64,000 bases of DNA from Macrostomum hystrix (GCA_950097015.1 CATNEN010000001.1:14446001-14510000), one strand, 5' to 3'; positions 33,138 through 48,100 are shown, counted from the stretch's first letter. Made by a program: numbers and translations. Notes: generated from the letters alone by a model not told the origin.

Positions 33138-34281
33138 TACAACGAGCCTTCGAAAAGCGTATTAGAAGCTACGGCTGAAAGCCAGAGGCGCGTAAACGAG
33201 AGGCAGAAGCTACACAAACAGATGCAAGAGCAAGAAAATGAAGTAGATATTGATAAGCAACAGTACGAGATCCTAATTGGTCAGCTGAAGTAAGTAAAGC
33301 AAGCTTTATACTACATAACCCTTGTGCCGGATTACCCTTACCCTTGTGCCTTGTGGGCTTTCAGAGCAGCTGAGGCGCGGAATCGGTTGCGAATCATGCG
33401 AATGCGCTACGAAACCGTGCTGGAGCGCGAGGTGAACCACCTGATTTCCTGCCAGCCAACCGCTCTGAGAGCTGTTCGCCTCGAAGCAATGCTGCCGACC
33501 CGATCCTCGAAGGCGTCGTCGTCGACTTTAATGCACGCTGCAGCTGCTGGCGGTGCTGGCGGCGAAGGAGCTGGTGAGACAACCGGCAGCAGCCAGGTCG
33601 CAGGCTTCGGGCCAAATTCTGATCGACTAACAAAATTGGATGTAAGTATGGCTTCCAATTTTAGCTTCATTAGCGGTAATTGGTTGACTCCAGATTAATT
33701 TAACATATAGGCCACAATGGTTGCAAATGGGAAAATACGTTTCTTAGAAAAACCTCTATAGGAGGCTGGTTTTCGCCAAAAATATACTACTGATATAAGA
33801 ATTTTTACTATTCACTGCGCCCCAAATGAATGTGGCCTCGCCGCGGAATCGAACTCAGGGACCTTGGCGCAAGAGGCAAACGCGTTATATTGCACTGCAA
33901 CTCAACCTCTCTCTCTTTAACATGTTGCTCCAACGATTTTTTACAAAGTTTTATTCCTGAAAATTTGATCTTCATAACTTCATGACATTAATTATGTATT
34001 AATCGGGGTCCAAGACTGTAATAAAACAAGTCATTAGGCTAAAGTTCAGATAGTAATTTACAACATAAATACGAGTTCACTAAATCACTAAAGTTATGCA
34101 GAAAGTGTGAAAATCGGCGAAAACCAGGCTCCTAAGTACGTTTTCTAAGAAACGTACTCCTTGTGGTCCTTGACGCAACCATGCCTGCATCGTGTTGACG
34201 GGCCTTAATAATTCATAAAATGCAACGCCAACAATTTCAATTTCACAGCGCGGTCGAATCGAACGTCTGATGGCCAATTGA
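33138..34281 (+). CDS. LKAAEAR1: LKAAEAR motif-containing protein; supported exons 33138-33289, 33365-33641, 34249-34281; probable first exon near ATG 32818 unresolved
   Basis: Splicing across the phase-2 intron 33290-33364 yields LIGQLKAAEARNRLRIMRMRY..EVNHLISCQPTALRAVRLEAMLP, the family signature; YNEP upstream; terminal DRLTKLD|RGRIERLM. Confidence 0.85.
33815..33906 (-). mobile_element. SINE family A head fragment in the last LKAAEAR1 intron
   Basis: ctgcgccccaaatgaatgtggcctcgccgcggaatcgaactcagggaccttggcgcaagaggcaaacgcgtta. Confidence 0.8.
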
Positions 34282-34829
34282 ACTTTACAGAATAGATTGA
34301 AAACTGCCTTTGACATCGACAAGCTAATCTCATCAGGGCAGATGGTTTTCACTTTCCACTGTCTCCCAGCGTCGTGCTAATGTCGTGATATGTTTTGTTA
34401 ATAACTAAATTTTCCTCAAGTATTTGGTTCGAAGATTTTTAATTAAATTGTCCAACATTGTTCTGTCTGTAAAATTATGCAATTTGCAGTTCTCAATGAA
34501 ATGAATCAAAAATGAAACATATTTTAATTGAAAGTTTTTTGTTAATATAATTGTTTTGTGCAAAAAGTGCACAAAGTAAAAGTGTTTATAATTAGCCCAA
34601 TGCAATTAATTAAATATGGTTAGTTTGCTTTGAAAATAATTCGTGATTTAAATGTACAATGAAATAACAAGCAAATAGTGCACAATATACGTATTCAGTA
34701 TTTGGTAGTTTAAAAACTTTGTAGAAATCTGATTAAAATAAATTATTGAGGCTAACTCAGACCAGCATCTGTTAATAAAAAACTGTTCAAATTATAAATT
34801 AGAAAACATGTAGCTGGCGTAACTTAAGA

Positions 34830-36450
34830 ACATGAAGGGAAGGATGTTAGTTCCCACCTGAGGACCTGAAGGGAAGGATGTTAGTTCCCACCTGAGGACC
34901 TGAAGGGAAGGATGTTAGTTCCCACCTGAGGACCTGAAGGGAAGGATGTTAGTTCTCGCCTGAGGACCTAAAGGGAAGGATGTTAGTTCCCACCTGAGGA
35001 CCTGAAGGGAAGGATGTTAGTTCTCGCCTGAGGACCTGAAGGGAAGGATGTTAGTTCCCACCTGAGGACCTGAAGGGAAGGATGTTAGTTCTCGCCTGAG
35101 GACCTGAAGGGAAGGATGTTAGTTCCCACCTGAGGACCTGAAGGGAAGGATGTTAGTTCCCGCATGAGGACCTGAAGGGAAGTATGTTAGTTCCCGCCTG
35201 AGGACCTGAAGGGAAGGATGTTAGTTCCCACCTGAGGACCTGAAGGGAAGGATGTTAGTTCCCACCTGAGGACCTGAAGGGAAGGATGTTGTTCCCACCT
35301 GAGGACCTGAAGGGAAGGATGTTAGTTCCCGCCTGAGGACCTGAAGGGAAGGATGTTAGTTCCCACCTGAGGACCTGAAGGGAAGGATGCTAGTTCCCAC
35401 CTGAGGACCTGAAGGGAATGATGCTAGTTCCCACCTGAGGACCTCAAGGGAAGGATGCTAGTTCCCGCCTGAGGACCTGAAGGGAAGGATGCTAGTTCCC
35501 ACCTGAGGACCTGAAGGGAAGGATGTTAGTTCTCGCCTGAGGACCTGAAGGGAAGGATGTTAGTTCCCACCTGAGGACCTGAAGGGAAGGATGTTAGTTC
35601 TCGCCTGAGGACCTGAAGGGAAGGATGTTAGTTCCCACCTGAGGACCTGAAGGGAAGGATGTTAGTTCTCGCCTGAGGACCTGAAGGGAAGGATGTTAGT
35701 TCCCACCTGAGGACCTGAAGGGAAGGATGTTAGTTCCCACCTGAGGACCTGAAGGGAATGATGCTAGTTCCCACCTGAGGACCTCAAGGGAAGGATGCTA
35801 GTTCCCGCCTGAGGACCTGAAGGGAAGGATGTTAGTTCCCACCTGAGGACCTGAAGGGAAGGATGTTAGTTCTCTCCTGAGGACCTGAAGGGAAGGATGT
35901 TAGTTCCCACCTGAGGACCTGAAGGGAAGGATGTTAGTTCTCGCCTGAGGACCTGAAGGGAAGGATGTTAGTTCCCACCTGAGGACCTGAAGGGAAGGAT
36001 GTTAGTTCCCGCATGAGGACCTGAAGGGAAGTATGTTAGTTCCCGCCTGAGGACCTGAAGGGAAGGATGTTAGTTCCCACCTGAGGACCTGAAGGGAAGG
36101 ATGTTAGTTCCCACCTGAGGACCTGAAGGGAAGGATGTTGTTCCCACCTGAGGACCTGAAGGGAAGGATGTTAGTTCCCGCCTGAGGACCTGAAGGGAAG
36201 GATGTTAGTTCCCACCTGAGGACCTGAAGGGAAGGATGCTAGTTCCCACCTGAGGACCTGAAGGGAATGATGCTAGTTCCCACCTGAGGACCTCAAGGGA
36301 AGGATGCTAGTTCCCGCCTGAGGACCTGAAGGGAAGGATGCTAGTTCCCACCTGAGGACCTGAAGGGAAGGATGTTAGTTCCCACCTGAGGACCTGAAGG
36401 GAAGGATGTTAGTTCCCACCTGAGGACCTGAAGGGAAGGATGCTAGTTCC
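34830..36450. repeat. 34-bp minisatellite (cctgaggacctgaagggaaggatgttagttccca)n
   Basis: About 47 units; rare variants recur 850 bp apart (35160 and 36010). Confidence 0.97.
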
Positions 36451-37334
36451 TGAAGTTGTCCAGTTAAGAAGTTAAAAAATGTGACCATTAGATTTAGTTG
36501 TTGAAAAAGCAGCAAACGATTGATAAGCAAACATTACTCACTACAAAATGAGTAAACCAATTATGAAACTACGCAAACTCAAAAATGAAAAAAGTATTAG
36601 ACAGAAAAAATTCAGTTAGACACAAAATTTCGATAGACTAGCAAATTTTTAGAATGAATGCAGTCTGAAGAAAACAAAAAACCTAAGAGATTTTTTCAGC
36701 TGTGAAGTTAGTGACTTCTACAAAATGTGAAAAGTAAAAATAAAAAAATAATAAAAGTGCATTTGCGCGGTTGAAAAAATAATATGGAAAGAGAAATAGA
36801 AAACAATTGCAAGGTCTGTACAAATTGATGAATGACTGCTTGTTTCTGAAGAAAACAAAACAAGCCTCAGACTATAACAAATAGAATTAACCAATTTGTT
36901 TGACATACTCCGAAAACCAACGACTAGATGTGATTCTCAGCGACCAAACTGAAAGACTGCCTCGCTACAAACCCGCATTTTTATGACTTGAATAGAATTA
37001 AAAAAACGCATGCCATCTACACTACTGCTGTAACCAAATCAAGTAGTGTAGTTAGCTAATCTTAAACAGCGTTTCTAAAACAAAAAATCTTAAATCTTCA
37101 GCCATACAGGTATTTACTAAAACTAATAGTTAAATACAAATAATGCGTATTTGCAAGCATTGCGACTTAGGGTGTAGAAACAAAAAAAAGTAAAAAAAAC
37201 AATGGACAAATTTGGATAGAATATAAGAGCTTGTTAGATTCGATTCCATACATTTTCATTACGATTAAAGTGCATAAGAAACAGAAAAAGCAGAAAAACA
37301 CAAATCTGTAACCGTCTGCATTAGGCAGTGTCAT

Positions 37335-37985
37335 TGTGTCTAACAGGTGACACTCCTGTCTAACAAGTGACACTCCTGTCTAACAGGTGACACTCCTGTC
37401 TAACAGGTGACACTCCTGTCTAACAGGTGACACTCCTGTCTAACAAGTGACACTCCTGTCTAACAGGTGACACTCCTGTCTAACAGGTGGCACTCCTGTC
37501 TAACAGGTGGCACTCCTGTCTAACAGGTGACACTCCTGTCTAACAGGCGACACTCCCGTCTAACAGGTGACACTCCTGTCTAACAGGTGACACTCCTGTC
37601 TAACAGGTGACACTCCTGTCTAACAGGTGAAACTCCTGTCTAACAGTTGACACTCCTGTCTAACAGGTGAAACTCCAGTCTAACAAGTGACACTCCTGTC
37701 TAACAGGTGGCACTCCTGTCTAACAGGTGACACTCCTGTCTAACAGGTGAAACTCCTGTCTAACAAGTGACACTCCTGTCTAACAGGTGACACTCCTGTC
37801 TAACAGGTGGCACTCCTGTCTAACAGGTGACACTCCTGTCTAACAGGTGACACTCCTGTCTAACAGGTGACACTCCTGTCTAACAGGTGACACTCCTGTC
37901 TAACAGGTGATACTCCTGTCTAACAGGTGACACTCCTGTCTAACAGGTGACACTCTTGTCTAACAGGTGACACCCCTGTCTTACA
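37335..37985. repeat. 20-bp minisatellite (gtctaacaggtgacactcct)n
   Basis: About 32 units; shares ctgtctaacagg with 12533-12990. Confidence 0.97.
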
Positions 37986-38434
37986 CGCTACGCATTTTCT
38001 AACAAGTAATACAGGCTGTAAAATAACAATGCTACAATGTAAAACAATAAAGCCATTAGCAGGTAATTAAATCGACCAGAAGAGCAACCAAGAAGATATT
38101 TCAATCAGTGCCTCAAATACGGAAGAGTTTAAACAAGTTTGTAAGGAAAAAAACTGTATTCAGATAAAACATAGCATTTATGCTACAACCAAAACTAGTG
38201 GTTAATAATTGTGAATCAGTAATACACTAATACTACAATAGTTGGGTGTGCATAGTAAGGATAAGGAATGGTAAAACATGCTAGTTATAAGTTCAATCCA
38301 CAGCTAAATACTTGACGCGCTGGTATGATAAAAATTCGTAAAACAACACTTAAAGAACACTGATTAAAAATTATTTTATGAAACGCTTAATAACAACTAA
38401 ACTTTTAAATAAAGCAATTCTACAGCTAATCGGC

Positions 38435-39187
38435 TGCGATTCTACCTTCGATTCCTGATTCAATTCTTGCAACGATTCCAGATTCGATAACGACTAGCTA
38501 CGATTCTTGATTCGATACTGACTAGCTTCGATTCCTGATTCGATAACGACTAGCTTCGATTCCTGATTCGATACTGACTAGCTTCGATTCCTGATTCTAT
38601 AACGACTAGCTACGATTCCTGATTCAATTCTTGCAACGATTCCTGATTCGATAACGACTAGCCTCGATTCCTGATTCGATAACGACTAGCTACGATTCTT
38701 GATTCGATACTGACTAGCTTCGATTCCTGATTCGATAACGACTAGCTACGATTCTTGATTCGATAACGACTAGCTACGATTCTTGATTCGATACCGACTA
38801 GCTACGATTCCTGATTCGATTCTTGCAACGATTCTTGATTCGATAACGACTAGCTACGATTCTTGATTCGATACTGACTAGCTTCGATTCCTGATTCGAT
38901 ACCGACTAGCTACGATTCCTGATTCGATTCTAGCTACGATTCCTGATTCGATTCATGATTCGATTTTAGCTACGATTCATGATTCGATTCTAGCTACGAT
39001 TCCTGATTCGATTCTAGCTACGATTCCTGATTCGATTCTAGCTACGATTCATGATACGATTCCGCCAACGATTGCTGATACGATTCTACCGACGACTCCT
39101 GATTCGACTCTAGCTACGATTCCTGATTTTATTCTACCTACGATTCCTGATACGATTCTACCGACGATTCTTGATTCGATTCCAGCT
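38435..39187. repeat. 28/24-bp minisatellite (cgattcctgattcgat...tagcta) directly downstream of the ABCG stop codon
   Basis: Visible directly; abuts the stop at 39189. Confidence 0.9.
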
Positions 39188-39188
39188 A

Positions 39189-42100
39189 CTAGCGACTAGC
39201 CCTTGTGCGAAATTTGAGAATTAAAAAGCACAGGCCGCGCAAGATGACAAAGAACAAGCACAGCACAATGAAATCCACGTAGATTTTTGCGCCATCCGCG
39301 CTGAAGAACTTCAGGAAAAAGTCTGGATCGCTCAGACACGGGGCCAGGCTGTCGCCGGTGTTCTTAGCCGGGTCGGAGTTGCACTCGAGCTGCCCGCGGT
39401 TCATGCCATAGATTATCTGCAGCACTGCCTCGAATGCGTAGCGAACATAGGAGCAGTAGCTCAGCCACTGAAGATAAACTGGGATCGTGCTGAAGGTCAC
39501 GAAGAATCCACTGAACAGCAGGATTGGGATTGCCGTTACAGGCCCTGTATTGGCAAATTGGAATATTCTATTGCTGGTTGAGGTTTCATGATCCTTCTCC
39601 CCCTACAGTCATGATCCATCTCCCCCTACAGTCATGATCCTTCTCCCCCTACAGTCATGATCCTTCTCCCCCTACAGTCATGATCCATCTCCCCCTACAG
39701 TCATGATCCTTCTCCCCCTACAGTCATGATCCTTCTCCCCCTACAGTCATGATACTTCTCCCCCTACAGTCATGATCCTTCTCCCCCTACAGTCATGATC
39801 CTTCTCCCCCCTACAGTCATGATCCTTCTCCCCCTACAGTCATGATCCTTCTCCACCTACAGTCATGATCCTTTTCTCCCTACAGTCATGATCCTTCTCC
39901 CCCTACAGTCATGATCCTTCTCTCCCTACAGTCATGATTCTTCTCCCCCTACAGTCATGATCCTTCTCCCCCTACAGTCATGATCCTTCTCCCCCTACAG
40001 TCATGATCCTTCTCCCCCTACAGTCATGATGCTTCTCCCACCTACAGTCATGATCCTTCTCCCCCTACAGTCATGATCCTTCTCCCCCCCTACAGTCATG
40101 ATGCATCTCCCCCTACAGTCATGATCCTTCTCCCCCTACAGTCATGATCCTTCTCCCCCTACAGTCATGATGCTTCTCCCACCTACAGTCATGATCCTTC
40201 TCCCCCTACAGTCATGATCCTTCTCCCCCTACAGTCATGATGCTTCTCCCCCTACAGTCATGATCCTTCTCCCCCTACAGTCATGATCCTTCTCCCCCTA
40301 CAGTCATGACTACTCACCCAAGAAGATGGCGGACTCCAGGTTGGTGGCAGCTCCAATGAGCAGGCCGAAGCTCTGCGCCACCAAGCTGGTCTGTACACAG
40401 ATGGTGAGGAACAGGAAGTAGCGCATGAACTCCAGTGGCTGAGCGGTCATGAAGTAGACGATGGTGCCGTAGATCACTGGGAAAATCACTTGAAACGGCA
40501 GATCGGCCAGTGTCTTAGCCAGGTAATAGGCTTTCACGCTGTACCAATAGTTCAGGTGCTCTCTTAAGAAGATGTTCATCTCCATCGGAACTGGCAAATT
40601 ATGAAATAATCAAATAATGATATCACTTTAGACTTTTGTTCACTTGGCGCGATTCTATGCTATCTACTGCGATTCTATGCTATCTACTGCGATTCTATGC
40701 TATCTGCTGCGATTCTATGCTATCTGCTGCGATTCTATGCTATCTGCTGCGATTCTATGCTATCTGCTGCGATTCTATGCTATCTGCTGCGATTCTATGC
40801 TATGTGCTGCGATTCTTTGCTATCTGCTGCGATTCTATGCTATGTGCTGCGATTCTTTGCTATCTGCTGCGATTCTATGCTATCTGCTGCGATTCTATGC
40901 TATCTGCTGCGATTCTATGCTATCTGCTGCGATTCTATGCTATCTGCTGCGATTCTATGCTATCTGCTGCGATTCTATGCTATCTGCTGCGATTCTATGG
41001 TATCTACTGCGATTCTATGCTATCTGCTGCGATTCTATGCTATCTTCTTCGATTCTAGTTCATCTAGTTCATCGGCTTATATTCTAGTTTATCTGATTCG
41101 ATTCTAGCTTGTCTGCTGCGACTGTACGCTACGATTCCTGATTCGATTCTAGCTACGATTCCTGATTCGATTCTAGCTACGATTCCTGATTCGATTCTAG
41201 CTACGATTCCTGATGCGATTCTAGCTACGATTCCTGATTCGATTCTAGCTACGATTCCTGATTCGATTCTAGCTACGATTCTTGATTCGATTCTAGCTAC
41301 GATTCCTGATTTGATTCTAGCTATGATTCCTGATTCGATTCTAGCTACGATTCCTGATTTGATTCTACATACGACTCCTGATTCGATTTAAGGAAAATTA
41401 ATTTTATGGCAAGTCTTCGACTCACATGTGAGCACAGTGGGCATCAAAGCGGTGAACATGAGGAACAGCATGCAGAAGAACAGGCAGCCAGCGTTGGATT
41501 GCACTTTCAAACCGTCGTTGCCAATTTTAAAATAGAGCATGCCGATTAGGAGGCCAACAGACACGTGACTGAGCAGTCTGAGCCGAGTTAGTTGCTGAAT
41601 GGGTGGTCATTTTGTATGAAAGTGTATGCTAAGCCTCAATACGAAAAAATATGCTCTTTGAATTGATGGGCAGAAGAGGGCAAGAATAGGAGTGGAGAAG
41701 AAAGGGTGAGAACTGGAGAGGAGAGAAGAGAGGGTGAGAAGTGGAGAGGAGAGAAGAGAGGGTGAGAAGTGGAGCGGAGAGAAGAGAGGGTGAGAAGTGG
41801 AGGGGAGAGAAGATAGGGTGAGAAGTGGAGAGGGAGAGAAGATAGGGTGAGAAGTGGAGGGGAGAGAAGAGAGGGTGAGAAGTGGAGCGGGGAGAAGAGA
41901 GGGTGAGAAGTGGAGGGGAGAGAAGATAGGGTGAGAAGTGGAGAGGGAGAGAAGAAAGGGTGAGAAGTGGAGGGGAGAGATGAGAGGGTGAGAAGTGGAG
42001 GGGAGAGAAGAGAGGGTGAGAAGTGGAGGGGAGAGATGAGAGGGTGAGAAGTGGAGGGGAGAGATGAGAGGGTGAGAAGTGGAGGGGAGAGAAGAGAGGG

Positions 42101-45100
42101 TGAGAAGTGGAGGGAAGAGATGAGAGGGTGAGAAGTGGAGGGGAGAGATGAGAGGGTGAGAAGTGGAGGGGAGAGATGAGAGGGAAAGAAGTGGAGGGGA
42201 GAGGATGGGAAGCGGATATTGTTATTAAAACAATAATAAAAGTACAAACACCAAGAGCGTACTCACTGTGTCCCTAATGATTGACAGGAAGGTGCGCACA
42301 TAGAGTACCCGGAACTGATTCAGAGTGCCAGTGCTAAAGTGACCAGCCCGCGCATCGTCCTAAAATATGAGACCACAGAGCAGAGTTGCTTGAGACCGTG
42401 CTCAAATCCATTGAGTAATTAATAAGTGTAACAAGAATAATGCAAAACTGAAAAGCTTACTGTTGCATAATAACTAGAGCCTTGTAAAACATTGTTAGAC
42501 AATAGAACAAAAAACTGACTAACGCATAACAAAGGCTTCCAAAACATAGTGCACTCATTTAATAATTCTTGTTTGCTTGTTAATCTAGCCTCGCATTTAT
42601 CTCCCGTTTCCCATCTCGCATCTCCTATCTCCCATTTCCCATCTCCCATCTACGATCTCAGATTTCCCATCTCTTATCTCCCAACTCCCATCTCCCATTT
42701 CCCATTTCCCATCTCCCATCTCCTAACTCTCATCTCCTAACTCTCATTTCCCATCTCCCGTTTCCTATCTCCCATTTCCCATCTCCCATCTCCCATTTCC
42801 CATCTCCCATCTCCTATCTCCCATCTCCTAACTCCCATTCCCATCTCCCATTTCCTATCTCCCATTTCCCATCTCCCATTTCCCATCTCCTAACTCCCAT
42901 TCCCATCTCCCATCTCCCGTTTCCCGTCTCCTATCTAACTTTTCCCATCTGCCGAATCCTCTGTGCCATATAAAACAAAAGTCAATAAGGTGTTGGGTTG
43001 GCAATAGTAATGGCGATGATTTCTAAGGCTATGTTTCAGTTTATGGATTATGGCTTGACACAGGATTTATTGACATTTAAAATCAACATCAAAGCAGGTA
43101 AAAAAGACAACAGTAATGATGTGTGCTTTTCTTCACAAGAGACTTACCTTGCTTACGGTATCCTAAATTAGGTTTTTGTGTGGAAATAAATATGTCAATG
43201 CTATGTCAATACCATGATTTAATTCTAAGAAAAATTCCAGCTCTTTTAGGAGTAGAATCACGGAAAACTACGTTCAAAGTCCCTCCGCTGCGCCTAAAAA
43301 TGCTTTAAAATTTACTTATTTGCACCTATTTGTTATTGCTAGCTTAGACCAGTTTAATGTAATTAATGTAGGCCTAAGTAAAGAAACTAGTAACTAGATC
43401 CAATAGAATATGAGCCCCATAAACTCTATTTTCTAAGAAATGTAGGAAAAAATCCCTATTTGAGTACTAGGATAGTAGGCCATATACGGGGGTGAGTGGC
43501 AGAGCAGTCTAAAGCGTTTGCCTCTCGCACCAAGGCAAAGTGAGAGTGTACACTGCCTGACGATGAGAAAGTCAGGGCAGATGTACACACCAGTGTAATT
43601 GTCTCCTCGCTGGCTGCGGGTCTAGTGTCACCAAATGACGCGCCATTGCCCGCTGCCCTCCTGCAATTATTTGTCTAAGACTATGGACTAGCCAATTTTA
43701 AGAAAAGAAAACTCACATTAGAATCCGAATCTGAGTTCGCTACAGACTGGTCATTATTGGCTGTGGCCAAGCCGACCTGTCCGGCTGTTGAGGTGGAAGA
43801 CGACGAGGCAGACGAGACTGCGTCCATCTGGGAGTCGTTTCTGGCGCGCAGTCTAGTGGCGGACTTGAAGGTTCGCATGAATCTGGCACAATCGCCTGAC
43901 TGGACGGCATCAGACAAGGCCACAACAATGGATTGTTTGCGCTGGTCCGGTAAGATGGCTTCGGCATTGGCAAGAGGCTGAAGGCCGTTCGCATCGACGC
44001 CGCTGCTGCTGTTGTCAAATTCAGCGCACACGGCCTCCATAAAATAGTCGGTCGGATTGTGATAGCTGGGGCAGATGAAGCCGCGAGAGGCCAGGTAAGG
44101 CACGACTGCCGCAGCTGGCCCATTGTAGAGGCATCGGCCCCTGGCTACGAAGTACAGCTGGTCAAACATTTCGAACAGTTTAGCGCTAGGCTGGTGGATG
44201 GTGCAGACAATTGTGCGACCTCCCAGTGCCAGTTCCTTCAGCAGGGTGACGCACTGGAAACAGGAGGCACTGTCCAGGCCGCTGTTAATGACGGATGATG
44301 AGATTGCGGCGACATTGTACTGGGCAGCAGACGCTTGACTTCTCAGTGAAGGACCGAGGGAGGGGCTAAGCACAACGACCTAACCCTCCCATTTCTCATG
44401 CTTCCTGTCCCATTTCTCATGCTTCCTATCCCATTTCTCATGCTTCCTATCCCATTTCTCATGCTTCCTATCCCATTTCTCATGCTTCCTATCCCATTTC
44501 TCATGCTTCCTATCCCATTTCTCATGCTTCCTATCCCATTTCTCATGCTTCCTATCCCATTTCTCATGCTTCCTATCCCATTTCTCATGCTTCCTATCCC
44601 ATTTCTCATGCTTCCTATCCCATTTCTCATGCTTCCTATCCCATTTCTCATGCTTCCTATCCAATTTCTCATCCTTCCTATCCCATTTCTCATGCTTCCT
44701 ATCCCATTTCTCATGCTTCCTATCCCATTTCTCATGCTTCCTATCCCATTTCTCATGCTTCCTATCCCATTTCTCATGCTTCCTATCCCATTTCTCATGC
44801 TTCCTATCCAATTTCTCATCCTTCCTATCCCATTTCTCATGCTTCCTATCCCATTTCTCACCCTTCCTATCCCATTTCTCATGCTTCCTATCCCATTTCT
44901 CATGCTTCCTATCCCATTTCTCATCCTTACTCTCCCATTTCTTATCCTTACTCTCCCATTTCTCATCCTTCCTATCCCATTTCTCATGCTTCCTATCCCA
45001 TTTCGCATCCTTGCTATACAATTTCTCATGCTTCCTATCCCATTTCGCATCCTTGCTATACAATTTCTCATGCTTCCTATCCCATTTCTCATCCTTACTC

Positions 45101-48100
45101 TCCCATTTCTCATCCTTCCTATCCCATTTCTCATGCTTCCTCTCCTTTTTCTCATCCTTTGAATCCCATTTCTCATCTTTCCTCTCCCATTTCTCTTTCC
45201 TTCTCTCTCAATTGCTAACTGCCTTTAATCTGCCTTTAATCTGCCTTTAATCTGCCGTTAATCTGCCTTTAATCTGCCGTTAATCTGCCTTTAATCTGCC
45301 GTTAATCTGCCTTTAATCTGCCTTTAATCTGCCTTTAATCTGCCGTTAATCTGCCTTTAATCTGCCTTTAATCTGCCTTTAATCTGTCTTTAATCTGTCT
45401 TTAATCATTATCCCGCAAATTTTGGTATAGTTGTTTGACAATGACAGTATAGCTCGTAAATAATTGTATGCCCTAAAATAGTGGCCAGATATTAGAGATG
45501 ACGCTCAGAACAGTCATTCGGTAAGGGATATAATTGCCTATCTGTCTGGCTGGCTTCAATATTAAGCCATACTCTGGCAGCTCTGAATGCATAAAAATAA
45601 TCCAAAATGCCTCACCCCTGCCCTCCCCGGCTACTAAAAGTGCACGCACTGTGAGGCATGAAAAAATCCTTAGCCTATAGGCTAGGCTAACCCTTATTCC
45701 TCTCTCCCCTGTTTACAGGGAGACGAACTGAGGTTAGGGGGGGAGTACGCGAGAACTTGACTAAAAAGGAGAGAGAGGACTGTGGAGTTCGGCCGAACTT
45801 ATCCAACGAACCTAGATAATGTTAATCCCGAACTGCCACGATATTTTTGGAAATTATTAGTAAAACATCATTTTTTAATGTAAATTTTAGCAATTTCTCA
45901 AGCTTTGCATAGAAACTGGCGACCATGTTTTTGCTGAACAATTTATAAAATATCTAGCACACACGTACGAAATGTGCATATTAGTTTCCAAAAATGGCTA
46001 CTTGTAACTGTAAGTGCTTCAAACCGATACTATTTAGCTGGTGCATCTAATGGAAAAAACACAAATGCGTTCCGTATGAGCAAGTAGGCTATTTGCCACA
46101 TAAAATGGACTTTAGTTTGGTCATAAACTCAGTCATAAGCTCATTCCAATCAGTCATAAGCTCATTCCAATCAGTCATAAGCTCATTCCAATCAGGCATA
46201 AACTCATTCCAATCAGTCATAAACTCATTCCAATCAGTCATAAACTCATTCCAATCAGTCATAAACTCATTCCAATCAGTCATAAACTCATTCCAATCAG
46301 TCATAAACTCATTTCAATCAGTCATAAACTCATTCCAATCCGTCATAAACTCATTCCAATCAGTCATAAGCTCATTCCAATCAGTCATAAACTCATTTCA
46401 ATCAGTCATAAACTCATTCCAATCAGTCATAAACTCATTCAAATCAGTCATAAACTCATTCCAATCAGGCATAAACTCATTCCAATCAGGTCATAAACTC
46501 CTTCCAATCAGTCATAAACTCATTCCAATCAGGCATAAACTCATTCCAATCAGGGCATAAACTCATTCCAATCAGTCATAAACTCATTCCAATCAGTCAT
46601 AAACTCATTCCAATCAGTCATAAACTCCTTCCAATCAGTCATAAACTCATTCCAATCAGTCATAAACTCATTCCAATCAGGCATAAACTCATTCCAATCA
46701 GGTCATAAACTCCTTCCAATCAGGCATAAACTCATTCCAATCAGTCATAAACTCATTCCAATCAGTCATAAACTCATTCCAATCAGTCATAAACTCATTC
46801 CAATCAGTCATAAACTCATTCCAATCAGTCATAAACTCATTCCAATCAGTCATAAACTCATTCCAATCAGTCATAAACTCATTCCAATCAGTCATAAACT
46901 CATTCCAATCAGGCATAAACTCATTCCAATCAGTCATAAACTCATTCCAATCAGTCATAAACTCATTCCAATCAGTCATAAACTCATTCCAATCAGTCAT
47001 AAACTCATTCCAATCAGTCATACAGAGCTTGTAAGTCTGCATTCTGCAAATAATTACATTTTCTAAGAACTACAAGGCTGGATTAACTTTGCATTCGAAA
47101 GCCAAATTTTGGTTATGTAAATTTCCTGTTAACTGCCAGTCTTTAGTAAGAAAATAAAGCGACTGTGATTTAATTAGCTCGAAGAAGTATATCAATATAA
47201 ATTTGTGTAGCTCGACAAAGCATACACTTCAAAGAATGCATAAAATCTTTGCAGCGACTTTGAAAGATTATAAACCGATTTAACTTATTTACAGGCAGCT
47301 ATTCACTGCTTGAAACATTAATATGACCAATGTTTTAGTAATTACAGAGGATCACAGTCAGTTCTCATTGGGAAGAGAGAGGATCACAGTCAGTTCTCAT
47401 TGGGAAGAGAGAGGATCACAGTCAGTTCTCATTGGGAAGACAGAGGATCACAGTCAGTTCTCATTGGGAAGAGAGAGGATCACAGTCAGTTCTCATTGGG
47501 AAGAGAGAGGATCACAGTCAGTTCTCATTGGGAAGACAGAGGATCACAGGCAGTTCTCATTGGGAAGACAGAGGATCACAGTCAGTTCTCATTGGGAAGA
47601 GAGAGGATCACAGTCAGTTCTCATTGGGAAGAGAGAGGATCACAGTCAGTTCTCATTGGGAAGAGAGAGGATCACAGTCAGTTCTCATTGGGAAGACAGA
47701 GGATCACAGCCAGTTCTCATTGGGACGAGAGAGGATCACAGTCAGTTCTCATTGGGACGAGAGAGGATCACAGTCAGATCTCATTGGGAAGAGAGAGGAT
47801 CACAGTCAGATCTCATTGGGAAGAGAGAGGATCACAGTCAGTTCTCATTGGGAAGACAGAGGATCACAGTCAGTTCTCATTGGGAAGAGAGAGGATCACA
47901 GTCACTTCTCATTGGGAAGAGAGAGAGAGGATCACAGTCAGTTCTCATTGGGAAGAGAGAGGATCACAGTCAGTTCTCATTGGGAAGACAGAGGATCACA
48001 GCCAGTTCTCATTGGGACGAGAGAGGATCACAGTCAGTTCTCATTGGGACGAGAGAGGATCACAGTCAGATCTCATTGGGAAGAGAGAGGATCACAGTCA

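Noticed and set aside
34830-36450. CRISPR-like appearance of regularly spaced 20-36 bp repeats
   Set aside because: Units are head-to-tail with no unique spacers, there are no cas genes, and the context is eukaryotic
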